A stretch of DNA of 64,000 nt from Negativicutes bacterium (GTDB lineage: Bacteria; Bacillota; Negativicutes; UBA1444): positions 176,508-240,507 of the forward strand of contig CAXXIN010000003.1 in the NCBI GenBank assembly GCA_963665275.2, written 5' to 3'. Positions 20,536 to 30,502 of this stretch are shown here, in pieces (positions within the stretch are counted from its first letter, which is position 1; every line of letters starts with the position of its first letter). A program made the position numbers and the translations under genes. Below the pieces are notes generated by a model. It saw only the letters and a list, made by a program, of their open reading frames with translations, did no database searches and had not been told where the DNA came from.

Positions 20536-22860
20536 CTATCTCACCTCTTCCGTCTGAGATTTTTTCTGCTGCTGCAGCGCCGCCAGCACTGACTCCGGCG
20601 TAATCGGCAGCCGGGTCATCCTCACGCCTGTCGCGTTGAATACGGCATCCACAATGGCTGCCGACGGGGTATGGAAAACCACTTCGCCGATAGACTTGGC
20701 GCCGAATGGGCCTGTCGGTTCATAGCTGGGCACAAACTCCACCGTCAATTGGCCGATATCTTCCGGGCAGGGGATCTTGTATTGCATGAAATCATCCGTC
20801 AGCAATCGCCCGCGCTGGTCATAACAGACTTCTTCAAACAAAGCAAACCCAATCCCTTGTACCAGGCCGCCTTCCGCTTGAATCCTCGCCAGGTTGGGAT
20901 TAATCAAGGTTCCACAGTCAATCGTCGCCGCATAATGCAGCAATTGGACCTTGCCTGTCCCCACATCCACTTCCACTTCGGCGAATCCGGCCACAAAAGG
21001 CGGCGGGCTGGTTTCTCCGCCATAAGTCGCGATTACCGCCAGTTGGTTGCGCCCTTTAAATGAAGTCAGTTGATAAGCCAGTTCGTCCAAGGTTACCCGC
21101 CAGCTGCCGCCTTTCACGGATAGAATCTCGCCGTCAAACTCCATCACTGCGTCCGGGTCGCCGCAAAGAACCTTGCCACCGTCCAAGATTTTCTCTCGTA
21201 GCAGTCGGGCCGCTTTGACGACGGCATTTCCCGTCACGTACGTAGTGGAAGATGCATAGGCGCCTGTTTCGTAAGGTGTCAGATCGGTGTCGGCAACCTG
21301 CAGGTTCACGCGATCCAACGTGGTTTGCAGCACCTCCGCCGCCATCTGCGCCAAAACCGTGTCGCTGCCTGTTCCCAGATCGGCGGCCCCCACCGCCAGC
21401 GTATAGCTGCCGTCATAATTGAACCGAATTTCGGCAACGGCGGTATCCGAATTGGCGATACCGGTTCCATGCATCGCGATGGACATGCCGACGGCGCGAA
21501 ACTTGTCGGGCCCGCTCGCTTGCCGTGGATAAATGCCGTCCCAGCCGATCAGTTCTTTGCCACGTCTAATGCATTGTTCCAGCGTACTGCTTTGCACCAC
21601 GGCCGGCTGTTCTTTCGTTGACCCCGCTAAAAACGGATGAGCCTGCCCTTGGCGAATAATATTTATGTCCCGAAAAACAGAGGGGTCGATCTGCAATTTA
21701 TCCGCCAGTTCGTTGACGGCGGATTCAATGGAAAAATTGGTCTGCGGCGCACCGAATCCACGGAAAGCGCCTGCCGGAGTTTTGTTGGTATAGACTGCCT
21801 TTGCTTTGTAGCGCAAGGCACGGGGCGTATGATAAATCGGCAGCGTATTGTGTCCGCCCACATGCAGCACATCCGGTGCATGTTCGCCATACGCGCCGGT
21901 GTCCGCCAGCACGTCGAGGTCGATAGCCTGCAAGATGCCGTCAAGGCTTGCGCCTGCCCTCACCCGAATCTTCATTGCATGCCGTGTATTCGTGCAAGCG
22001 AAGCACTCGGAACGACTCAGAGTAATCTGGGCGGTTTTGCCTGTCCTGAGCGTCACCAACGCTGGGTATACTTCAACCAACGCAATATTTTTCCCGCCAA
22101 ACCCGCCGCCAATCCGGGGTTTGATCACATGAATCCGATGCTGGGGAATATCGAGCGCCCGGGCCATGATCCGTTGAACATTAAAGGCCGACTGAGTCGC
22201 CGTAACCACTTGCAATCGCCCACGAGAATCCAGACTGGTAAACGCCCGATGGGTTTCCATCATCGCATGGGCCTGCGCTTGGGTATAGTAGGTCCGATCC
22301 ACCACGGCGGCGCATTGAGCAAGTTCCGCATCAACATCGCCCAGAGTGTGGAGGTTGACGCCGGCGATATTCCGTGCAGGATTCTTGCCGATATTGAAGT
22401 GTGCAAGGACATAATCGTCAGAATGCAGCACGCTTGCGTGCCCTTCCGCCGACTCCATGTCTAGGACAGGTTCAAGAACCTCATATTCAACCTGAATGAG
22501 TTTCAACGCAGCGACTGCTGTTTCTTCATCGGCAGCCGCCACCGCCGCCACAGGATCGCCGACATATCGCACAAGCGTATCGAAAATCAGCCGGTCATAG
22601 GGAGACGTTTCCGGATAAGCTTCCGCCGCAATCGTATACCGGATGTTCGGCGCATCCCTGTATGTCAAAACGCAGGCCACCCCATCCAATCGCTCTGCCT
22701 GCTCTGTATCAATAGACTTGATCCGCGCAAAAGCATACGGGCTTCGCAGCAGTTTCACGCACAATGCCTCTCCCGGCAGCAAATCTTCTACATATGCAGG
22801 TTTGCCGGTAGCCAGATGCAACCCGTCCAATTTGGCAATTGATTGCGATACGTGTCTCAT
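20536..22860 (-). CDS. Xanthine dehydrogenase-family molybdopterin-binding subunit (XdhD-like)
   Basis: LRSPYAFARI, GGGFGGK, AFRGFGAPQ, DLGTGSDT, QAEGG, GAKSIGE; ATGA overlap with the upstream gene. Confidence 0.93.
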   Translation of the reverse strand: MRHVSQSIAKLDGLHLATGKPAYVEDLLPGEALCVKLLRSPYAFARIKSIDTEQAERLDGVACVLTYRDAPNIRYTIAAEAYPETSPYDRLIFDTLVRYVGDPVAAVAAADEETAVAALKLIQVEYEVLEPVLDMESAEGHASVLHSDDYVLAHFNIGKNPARNIAGVNLHTLGDVDAELAQCAAVVDRTYYTQAQAHAMMETHRAFTSLDSRGRLQVVTATQSAFNVQRIMARALDIPQHRIHVIKPRIGGGFGGKNIALVEVYPALVTLRTGKTAQITLSRSECFACTNTRHAMKIRVRAGASLDGILQAIDLDVLADTGAYGEHAPDVLHVGGHNTLPIYHTPRALRYKAKAVYTNKTPAGAFRGFGAPQTNFSIESAVNELADKLQIDPSVFRDINIIRQGQAHPFLAGSTKEQPAVVQSSTLEQCIRRGKELIGWDGIYPRQASGPDKFRAVGMSIAMHGTGIANSDTAVAEIRFNYDGSYTLAVGAADLGTGSDTVLAQMAAEVLQTTLDRVNLQVADTDLTPYETGAYASSTTYVTGNAVVKAARLLREKILDGGKVLCGDPDAVMEFDGEILSVKGGSWRVTLDELAYQLTSFKGRNQLAVIATYGGETSPPPFVAGFAEVEVDVGTGKVQLLHYAATIDCGTLINPNLARIQAEGGLVQGIGFALFEEVCYDQRGRLLTDDFMQYKIPCPEDIGQLTVEFVPSYEPTGPFGAKSIGEVVFHTPSAAIVDAVFNATGVRMTRLPITPESVLAALQQQKKSQTEEVR

Positions 22861-23477
22861 TGCCCGGCCCGCGCCTTTTTCCCCGCATCGTAGATCAACG
22901 CGACTTCGGCGAGCTTGTGCACCAATTTTTGCGCCATGTCCAGGGCGCGCACGTCTTCTCGCGCCCCTTCCTCCATTTTGTCCTGCGACCACAGCATAGC
23001 GCCCGCATAACCGCCCACTTCATTGCTCACCACATTGATTTCACGCGCCAGCATCAGATTGATAATCGTGTTTACCGCCATTTCCTGACCGCCGTTCCGC
23101 GTACCACCGGCAGCAACAGCTACGCCGAACTTATTGCGCAGTTTTCCCGGAAAAACATGGAATAACGGCCGCATCCGGCTAAAAAACGCCAATAATTGAG
23201 GCGTCACCGAATAAACATAAACCGGCGAGCCGATGAGATAGGCGTCCGCGTCTATGAACTCCTGCAGCAGCTCCTGCATGTCGTCCTTGATAATGCACCA
23301 TGTCTGATTTTTTTTGCAATAATTGCAGCCGTTGCAGGGCGCAATTTTTTTCCCCTGCAGTGAAATCAGGCTTACGGAAACCTCCGGCATGTCGGCGAGA
23401 CTGTCCAGCGCCTGCCGGATCAGATATTCGGTAGCCCCTTTACGTGGGCTGCCGCATAATCCCAGTATTTTTACCAT
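22857..23477 (-). CDS. Iron-sulfur flavoprotein / flavodoxin-fold FMN protein
   Basis: GSPRKG, CNGCNYC-x5-C, GSPVY, GGTRNGGQE. Confidence 0.88.
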   Translation of the reverse strand: MVKILGLCGSPRKGATEYLIRQALDSLADMPEVSVSLISLQGKKIAPCNGCNYCKKNQTWCIIKDDMQELLQEFIDADAYLIGSPVYVYSVTPQLLAFFSRMRPLFHVFPGKLRNKFGVAVAAGGTRNGGQEMAVNTIINLMLAREINVVSNEVGGYAGAMLWSQDKMEEGAREDVRALDMAQKLVHKLAEVALIYDAGKKARAGQ

Positions 23478-23508
23478 GCGAGTCGCCTCCCTTCATTCTT
23501 GGGTGTCA

Positions 23509-24849
23509 TTATGATTCAAGATATTGTTTCAAATCGACTTCCGGATATTTAACCCGCTCCAGGCCCTTGCTATCCTCACTCAACGTCGCATCAATCCCCA
23601 TTTTGGTCTGCACGCCGCGATGATCGGAGCACGGATCCAACTCATGTCCCTGCGCGTTGGGAATGTAAAAAATGTCCCGCTCCGGAATGACCCGGTTGGA
23701 AACCGCCCACATGACATCCGCCGCATTGAAAATATCCACGTCTTCATCGACAACGATTACATTTTTGATATTGACGTAGGTGATCATCGCCGCCAGAGCT
23801 ACATTCTTGGGTTCGCCCGGATTTTTTTTCTTCATCTGGATAATCGCCATGAACCCGCTGCCGTAGGGCGGGATATGAACATTGACGACGCCGGAGCTGA
23901 CATACTTGGCGAACTTCTTCAGCAAGGGTTCGCGGGGCAAAACATTGCCCAAATTGATATGTTCGAAGGAAGCGCCATTGATGGTCTGGTAAATAGCATC
24001 CGTACGATGCGTAATTGCAGTAACTTTCAGGATCGGGCTGCTCCAGGGCCGACTGTAGTGTCCTGTGAACTCGCCGAGAGGCCCCTCGTCCTCCCGTTGA
24101 TACGGCTGAATTTCTCCCTCGATCACGAACTCGGCGGTGGCCGGAACATAGATATCCGAAGTAATGCATTTCACTACATCGATAGCTTTGCCTCGGATCG
24201 CCCCGGCGATTTCCGTTTCGTCGCCATCATATCGGAGCCCGGCGGCGATATAGATGACCGGGTCTGCGCCGCAAACCACGGCGATGGGCAACGGTTTTCC
24301 CTCTTTTTCAGCCTCATCATAGAAATCTTTCAAGTGCCGCCACTCGTTGATCATGATGCCGAGGGTGTTCTTCCCCTTGACCTGCATGCGCTGGAATGAC
24401 AAGTTTTGCCGTAAGTCATGCAGTCCCTTGCTGACGACTACGCCGCCGGTGATGAACGGGCCGCCGTCTTTGGGCGCATGCTGGGGGATAGGGATGCGAT
24501 TCAGGTCGACCGCATCGCCCTGAATAATATGCTCCTGGCAAGGCGCCGCTGCCGTAACGTTCGGCTTAATCGGTTTTTCCAGGCACTCCGCCAGATAATC
24601 GTTGATTCGTTCCTTGGGGCAGCCCAGCGCAAGTGAAATCCGGTCCATCGACCCCAAAATTCCACCACAGGCCTGAAACTCTCTATCCTTCACCTTAGCG
24701 AACAATCCCGCGCCGCGATCCTGCTTTTCCAGCGTCGCCAATACAGAGCCGAGTTCATACTGCCAGTTCACTTCCTTTGGAATCGTTGCCAGCTGATTAT
24801 TTTGCCGCAGCAGCTCCAGAAAAGATCTCAAATCGTTGATTTCATTCAT
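23509..24849 (-). CDS. UbiD-family prFMN-dependent (de)carboxylase
   Basis: DGGPFIT, SFQRMQ, VPATAEFVIEG, EGPLGEFTGHY catalytic motif, VVDEDVDI, LDP, KMGIDAT. Confidence 0.94.
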   Translation of the reverse strand: MNEINDLRSFLELLRQNNQLATIPKEVNWQYELGSVLATLEKQDRGAGLFAKVKDREFQACGGILGSMDRISLALGCPKERINDYLAECLEKPIKPNVTAAAPCQEHIIQGDAVDLNRIPIPQHAPKDGGPFITGGVVVSKGLHDLRQNLSFQRMQVKGKNTLGIMINEWRHLKDFYDEAEKEGKPLPIAVVCGADPVIYIAAGLRYDGDETEIAGAIRGKAIDVVKCITSDIYVPATAEFVIEGEIQPYQREDEGPLGEFTGHYSRPWSSPILKVTAITHRTDAIYQTINGASFEHINLGNVLPREPLLKKFAKYVSSGVVNVHIPPYGSGFMAIIQMKKKNPGEPKNVALAAMITYVNIKNVIVVDEDVDIFNAADVMWAVSNRVIPERDIFYIPNAQGHELDPCSDHRGVQTKMGIDATLSEDSKGLERVKYPEVDLKQYLES

Positions 24850-24893
24850 ATCACACACTCCTGCTCCATTTTTTGATTCGCCTGCACATCCAT

Positions 24894-26192
24894 TTAGGCA
24901 AGCACCCTGTTCAAATATTGCCCCTGTCCCCCCAGAAAAACCCCGTCCCGAACTACGAAATTCCCCCGGCAAAGCGTGTCTCTCACCTTGCCGGTTACAG
25001 ACATCCCCGCATAAGGTGAATAAACATTGTCCCGAGAACGAATTGGCTCCATCATTGCCGGATCATAGACCACGATATCCGCATCCGACCCCGGCAGAAG
25101 AGTTCCTTTACGCGGGTACAAACCGTGCGCTTGCGCAACATTTTTCGTAAATTTATCGATGATCTTCGCCCCGAAACGCTGGTACATGAGGGCAAAGGCG
25201 TGATCCATTCCGCCGATCCCCATGGGAATATCTCCGGTATATGCATGTTTTTTGTCGATGTCATGAAAGGCGCAATGATCGCTTCCTATCGTATGAATCC
25301 TGTCGATTTGCTCTGCGAGCTGGTCCGATTCCGACTGAGAGCGCAGCGGCGGCGTCATGGTGAACAGGTAACCGTTGCGCCTGATATAGCATTCTGAGGA
25401 AAGCGAGAAATAGTGCGGACAACTCTCGAGAATCACATTGGTTCCCAGCAACTGGCCGTAATTTTCACGCAGGCGGGCTACTGTCGTCCCGCAACTCACA
25501 TGAACAATATACAACCAACCGTCCCGATAATTCGCCATCTCAGCCAACTTGACCACTTCGCTGATTTCGGCCAGAGCGGGACGCGAGAGTTCATGGTCAC
25601 GCACGAGAACTTTGCCTTTGTTCAACAATCCGTCATTTTCCGCATGCACCAACACACGAATGCGTTCCACCTTGGAAATCTCAAGCATGTTGTCGATGAA
25701 CGCGTCGGAGGAAAAGCAGCCCTGCTCCACATAAGTCGTATAGAGTTTCATAGTAGGCATGCCCAGTTCTTTAGCCTTACGGACCATCGATAATGCGGTA
25801 TCTTTGGGATTGGCCGCCGATGCATGCAGGGAATAATCAACCACGCTGCTCGTCGCCAATTCCCGGCGCCGCTGAAAAAGCTGTTCCAAGTGCTCCACCG
25901 AACCGGCGCAATCCAAAAAATCGATGAAGGTTGTCACTCCCCCCATAGCCGCCGCTACCGACCCGCTGTAGAAAGTGTCCGCCGTCGTATATTTTCCCGC
26001 ATCCATCGAGAAATGTACATGGGGATCGATAAATCCGGGCAAAACCATTTTTCCGGCAACGTCATATTCTTGGCGGCATGCGGCAAAGCCTTCAGATATT
26101 GCAGCAATTTTACCGCTTTTCACGTATAGATTCCCGCATGTCCAGCTTCCATCCTGATAAATTTCGCCGTTGAGGATTCCCAAATCATACAT
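24894..26192 (-). CDS. Dihydropyrimidinase/hydantoinase-family cyclic amidohydrolase
   Basis: PGFIDPHVH, GGVTT, VHAEN, VHVS, ESCPHY, MTPPLR, GSDHC, DADIV. Confidence 0.9.
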   Translation of the reverse strand: MYDLGILNGEIYQDGSWTCGNLYVKSGKIAAISEGFAACRQEYDVAGKMVLPGFIDPHVHFSMDAGKYTTADTFYSGSVAAAMGGVTTFIDFLDCAGSVEHLEQLFQRRRELATSSVVDYSLHASAANPKDTALSMVRKAKELGMPTMKLYTTYVEQGCFSSDAFIDNMLEISKVERIRVLVHAENDGLLNKGKVLVRDHELSRPALAEISEVVKLAEMANYRDGWLYIVHVSCGTTVARLRENYGQLLGTNVILESCPHYFSLSSECYIRRNGYLFTMTPPLRSQSESDQLAEQIDRIHTIGSDHCAFHDIDKKHAYTGDIPMGIGGMDHAFALMYQRFGAKIIDKFTKNVAQAHGLYPRKGTLLPGSDADIVVYDPAMMEPIRSRDNVYSPYAGMSVTGKVRDTLCRGNFVVRDGVFLGGQGQYLNRVLA

Positions 26193-27282
26193 GATGGGAT
26201 TCAGGCCCGGCCACAGTCAAAGCCTGGGTTGGGCACACTGACGCGCATAGTCCGCAGTCACGGCATTCCCTCTCATTAACGGACATCTCTTTCCCTGCAG
26301 TTAAAGTTCGGGCCTGATAGCAGCAGACTTTCACGCATTGACCGCAGCCCGTGCATCGTCCGGCATCATACGCGAACTCGATCCGCCCGGTTTGCTCGGC
26401 CGCCGTCAGAAAAGGAATTGCTTTGCCGGAAACTGCGGCGACATCGGCATACCCGAGCTTTTTCAACAAGTCTGCCGTTTCCTGCCGCAACGCACCTAGG
26501 TATTCCGGCCCCCGTAGAATCAGGGCCGAACAAAGTCCGACGAAATTCGCGCCAGCCATCAGCATTTCCAGCACATCCGCCGCGTCAGTTACGCCACCCA
26601 ATCCAATAATCGGGCACGTCAGAACCTGCCGCAGTTCAGCCACCCGTTGCAGAACCATCGGTTTGATGGCGCTGCCGGATAACCAGCCTGCCCCACCGAC
26701 TCCGCCCAACAAGGGTCTGCCTGTACGAATATCAATACGCAGCACGGGTCCGACGGAGTCACAAGCCGTAACCGCATCCGCTCCTGCAGCCACGCACCGG
26801 CGGGCAATTTCCGCCAGATTGCGCCCATTCGGAGATAACTTCACCAGAATCGGGCAGCCCACCCGTCGCCGCGCATCCGCCACCATCGGCGCCAAATCCG
26901 CTTCATCATAGGACACCAATTCAACCATGGCCGCTCCGGCCTCTACCACCTTTTCCACGAGACGAGACGATTCCGGCAGTGTGTGGCCGACGCTGGCAAT
27001 CACGACCACTCCGGCCTGATGCGCCTGGGGAATTTCCGACGCAATCCACGCTTCCGGCGGCAAATCGGCCCATTTCTCGCAATTCACCAAGGAATCGCGC
27101 GAGTTTCTCACCATATGGGGAATCGGATTGATGCACGCTTCCAGTCGGATCGTCTTGGTAACCACGGCTCCGGTTCCGGCCCGATGCAGCCGCAGCATTC
27201 CCGCCGCATTATAGCTCAGGGGTCCTGAAGCCGCGATAAACGGAGATTGCAACGCAACCCCGCACAAATCAAATGCGGACAT
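26185..27282 (-). CDS. DHODH/PreA-like FMN TIM-barrel flavoprotein with C-terminal 2x[4Fe-4S] domain, atypical active site
   Basis: AASGP, VTKT, VKLSPN, LSGSAIKP, IGLGGV; CTGCGQCVKVC and CRDCGLCASVCP. Confidence 0.85.
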   Translation of the reverse strand: MSAFDLCGVALQSPFIAASGPLSYNAAGMLRLHRAGTGAVVTKTIRLEACINPIPHMVRNSRDSLVNCEKWADLPPEAWIASEIPQAHQAGVVVIASVGHTLPESSRLVEKVVEAGAAMVELVSYDEADLAPMVADARRRVGCPILVKLSPNGRNLAEIARRCVAAGADAVTACDSVGPVLRIDIRTGRPLLGGVGGAGWLSGSAIKPMVLQRVAELRQVLTCPIIGLGGVTDAADVLEMLMAGANFVGLCSALILRGPEYLGALRQETADLLKKLGYADVAAVSGKAIPFLTAAEQTGRIEFAYDAGRCTGCGQCVKVCCYQARTLTAGKEMSVNERECRDCGLCASVCPTQALTVAGPESHHV

Positions 27283-28629
27283 TTATAATCCCTCCCAAAA
27301 GTGAAATGCGGTTTGCCGCATCTCAGCCAGCGCCCGTTCTTCGTCAAAGGTTTCCAAAACGCCCTTTAGCATCAGAGGCATCCCGTTAGCAAATACACTG
27401 TCGATGTATTCTTTGCGCCCAAAAATCACGATCTGATCCATGATATTTTCCCGCGTAACAGGAGTCGGGAACTGCTGCTTCATGACCACGAAATCCGCCC
27501 ATTGGCCGGGGTGCAGAGTTCCCGCCTTATCCCAGCCCAAAGCCTTGGCCCCCAATTCCGTAGCCATCCGAAAAACCTGTCTGGCCGGCATGAGCTGCGG
27601 GTCCTGACAATTGGCTTTGTGGATCAGAAACGCGCCCCGCATGACTTCGAAAAAATCATTGATATATCCGTCGCTGCCTAGTCCGATAGTCATCCCCGCC
27701 GCCAACATCTGCGGCACTGGCGCTATGCCCCCGCCGACTTCGCAATTGCTCAGAGGCATGTGCACGCCGTGAACTCCGGCCGCAGCCAAAATCGCCTGCT
27801 CCGTCTTATTGACCTGCACGCATTGGGAAGCAATCAGGCTGGAGCTAAGCAATCCCAGATCATTATAATATTCCACCGGTGTCTTGCCAAAATGTTGCCG
27901 GCAATAGTCCGGTTCGTAACGACTCTCGGAGAGATGAAACTGCCATCGGGCCGATAGTCCATCCGCCATTGTTTTTGCCGCCGCCAAAAAATCCGCTGAA
28001 CAGGTAAAAGTCGTGTGAGTGCAGAGAGCCCCTTCAACCAAACAGCTATTATGATTCGCCCAACGGATCAAGGAAGCGTTTTCCTCCAGGCAGTCCCTGC
28101 CATTCTCCGGACTGAGCCGTTCGCAGCTTTCAAGGGACAAAATCGCCCGCAGTCCGATTTTCTCGACTGCCAGAGCCTGTTCGCGTAGTACCCCCGCACC
28201 GGCAAACGGAGCTTCCAAGGTGTCACAAAAGCCGGTGGTTCCGCTGCGAATCATTTCCGCTGCCGACGCATAGGTTGTTGCTATTACTTCCGGTATACGG
28301 ATGCGATTTTCCACTCGGGGCCACCAATAGTCCTTAAGGAAACTTTCAAAAGAAGCAATCTTCCCCGGCGCAGGAATTCCATGCGCCAACAGCCCGTACT
28401 GATGCATATGGGCATTGATAAAGCCAGGGAAAACGATTTGATCTGTCGCATCCACAACGGAACCTCGTCCCATTGCCGCGAGTTCTTGCTCGATAGCCGC
28501 ATTCGGCAATATTTTTTTTACCCAGCCATTTTCGATGATCAGCCCGTGATTTTCATAGACCACATCAGCAGAAACAACGAGAAAGCGAGCTTTCACAGCC
28601 AACATATCCGTCATCCTTCCACGCCTCAT
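27283..28629 (-). CDS. Amidohydrolase, cog0402/SsnA-like
   Basis: PGFINAHMH, FHLSES, GLGSDG, ADFVV. Confidence 0.88.
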   Translation of the reverse strand: MRRGRMTDMLAVKARFLVVSADVVYENHGLIIENGWVKKILPNAAIEQELAAMGRGSVVDATDQIVFPGFINAHMHQYGLLAHGIPAPGKIASFESFLKDYWWPRVENRIRIPEVIATTYASAAEMIRSGTTGFCDTLEAPFAGAGVLREQALAVEKIGLRAILSLESCERLSPENGRDCLEENASLIRWANHNSCLVEGALCTHTTFTCSADFLAAAKTMADGLSARWQFHLSESRYEPDYCRQHFGKTPVEYYNDLGLLSSSLIASQCVQVNKTEQAILAAAGVHGVHMPLSNCEVGGGIAPVPQMLAAGMTIGLGSDGYINDFFEVMRGAFLIHKANCQDPQLMPARQVFRMATELGAKALGWDKAGTLHPGQWADFVVMKQQFPTPVTRENIMDQIVIFGRKEYIDSVFANGMPLMLKGVLETFDEERALAEMRQTAFHFWEGL

Positions 28630-29549
28630 TCGTAGATCAATTTTTGGCGCGTATATATGAATCCATTGTGATATCCCAACATGAGCAGCGCAGCATGCGG
28701 ATGGTTTTCAGTCGTAAAAGGAGAATTTTTCCCTAAAGCAAAATCCCCGCCCACATGTACCCCTGAATAATTCAAAAAGAATTCATCCAACAGCTCTTTT
28801 CCCATCAGATGCCAAATATAGCCGGGGGCTTCCACGCTTAGATTCTTGATGCCTCCTTGCCGCAATATCCGCAACGCTTCCGTGGTGTCGGCAGTTTCTC
28901 CAGCGCCGGCAGCGATGATTTGAATGCAATCGTGTTCGCGCAACAGCGGTTCGCCCTCAGTCACCACCCTGCATTTTCGCCCAAGCTGTCTGCTGAGGTA
29001 CTCGGCGCCGGCCTGCGAAGTCAGAATGCCGACCGAGGGGTGCATGTCCAAGATGGAATGCTCCAGTGGAACATCCTTTCCATCCGCCGATGCGATAATC
29101 GACCATGGTTGCGCAGTCTTTTTTTGCAAAACGGAATGACGAGCCTCGACCAGCTCCGGGTCGCTGACTTCAGCGAACCACTGTTTGTTCAGCCGCGTCC
29201 GTAGCGTATTACAGCCGAGAATGACCGCATCCGCATAAGTTCGGCACACATTCATCAGCCAGAAATCCGTCAGCGAACCGACGGGATCCAGTCGATTTTC
29301 CTTTGAGACCAAATGCCCTTCCTGATTATCCGGAAAAGCCATCTTGCCGTCAAACGACAACACCATGCAGCCATAGGTATACGGACGATCTGCCGCCGCT
29401 TCCGGAAATACCACTTCCCCCATGACTTGTTTGATTTTTGTCGGGGTTTGCAGCACCGCCGCTTGCTTTATGACATCCTGCATGCGTTCCGGGCAAGGCT
29501 GTATATTCACAAAAGCCATCTCTGTCGCTTTATATTTTGTTTCTTGCAT
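28626..29549 (-). CDS. RibD C-terminal / DHFR-fold reductase-like protein
   Basis: PYT...VLSFDGK, ADAVILGCNTLR, LSVEAPG, LLDEFFL; no deaminase domain. Confidence 0.75.
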   Translation of the reverse strand: MQETKYKATEMAFVNIQPCPERMQDVIKQAAVLQTPTKIKQVMGEVVFPEAAADRPYTYGCMVLSFDGKMAFPDNQEGHLVSKENRLDPVGSLTDFWLMNVCRTYADAVILGCNTLRTRLNKQWFAEVSDPELVEARHSVLQKKTAQPWSIIASADGKDVPLEHSILDMHPSVGILTSQAGAEYLSRQLGRKCRVVTEGEPLLREHDCIQIIAAGAGETADTTEALRILRQGGIKNLSVEAPGYIWHLMGKELLDEFFLNYSGVHVGGDFALGKNSPFTTENHPHAALLMLGYHNGFIYTRQKLIYE

Positions 29550-29572
29550 CCAATTTTCTCCTCACCGACGTT

Positions 29573-30502
29573 CTATTTTCCTTCCTTGGCATAGGCTTTT
29601 CCCATCGCGCCAGGCCCCACCGTGCGACCGACAACGCCGGCCAGCACCAACATCGTCAGCACATACGGCAGCATCAGAAAAAATTGATAGGGGATTTCAA
29701 TACCGAACGCCTGCAGCCGAAGTTGCAGGGCTTCCGCCGCACCGAATAAAAGCGAGGCGCCAAAGATTCCGAACGGATTCCACTTGCCGACAGTGACGGT
29801 GGACCAGGCAACATAGCCGCGCCCGGCCGTCATTTTTTCCATGAAAACAGACAACTGGGCAATCGACAAAAACGCCCCGCCGAGCCCGCCCAGCAATCCA
29901 GAAATAATAATCGCCGTATAGCGGGTTTTTATTACGTTGATCCCCACACTGTCAGCTGCCCGCGGATGCTCGCCCACGGCTCGCAATGCCAGCCCGAACG
30001 GCGTGCGATAAATCACATAATAGCAAATGGGAACCAATAGAAAGGCGATGTAAACCAACGGATTCTGGTTGAAGAAAATCTTCCCCACCACAGGAATGTC
30101 ACTGAGAAAGGGAATCGGCACATCCTGAAAGGCCACAACCTTGGAGGGTTTCCCGCCGATTCCGAATAGAATATTCAGCAGATAGCTGCTCAACCCCAGG
30201 AACAGAATATTGATTCCAGTGCCTGCAACCACTTGGTCCACCTTGGCCGTAATGCTCATGAATCCCAGAATCAAAGACGCCATCATGCCGCCCAACATCC
30301 CCATTAGCGCGCCCACCCAAGGGCTTCCCGATATGTAGGAGCCGTAGACGCCCATGAATGCGCCCATGATCATGATTCCTTCCAGGGCAAAATTGATAAT
30401 TCCTGCCCTGGCTGTGAACAACCCGCCCAGGCCCGCCAGCACAATCGGAGTACTCATCCGTATGGTGGCCTGAATAAATCCCATGATGTTATTTGCATCC
30501 AT
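29573..30502 (-). CDS. Nucleoside-type ABC transporter permease
   Basis: GIINFALEGIM, LRAVGEHPRAADSVGINV, AGRGY, MLPYVLT. Confidence 0.93.
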   Translation of the reverse strand: MDANNIMGFIQATIRMSTPIVLAGLGGLFTARAGIINFALEGIMIMGAFMGVYGSYISGSPWVGALMGMLGGMMASLILGFMSITAKVDQVVAGTGINILFLGLSSYLLNILFGIGGKPSKVVAFQDVPIPFLSDIPVVGKIFFNQNPLVYIAFLLVPICYYVIYRTPFGLALRAVGEHPRAADSVGINVIKTRYTAIIISGLLGGLGGAFLSIAQLSVFMEKMTAGRGYVAWSTVTVGKWNPFGIFGASLLFGAAEALQLRLQAFGIEIPYQFFLMLPYVLTMLVLAGVVGRTVGPGAMGKAYAKEGK

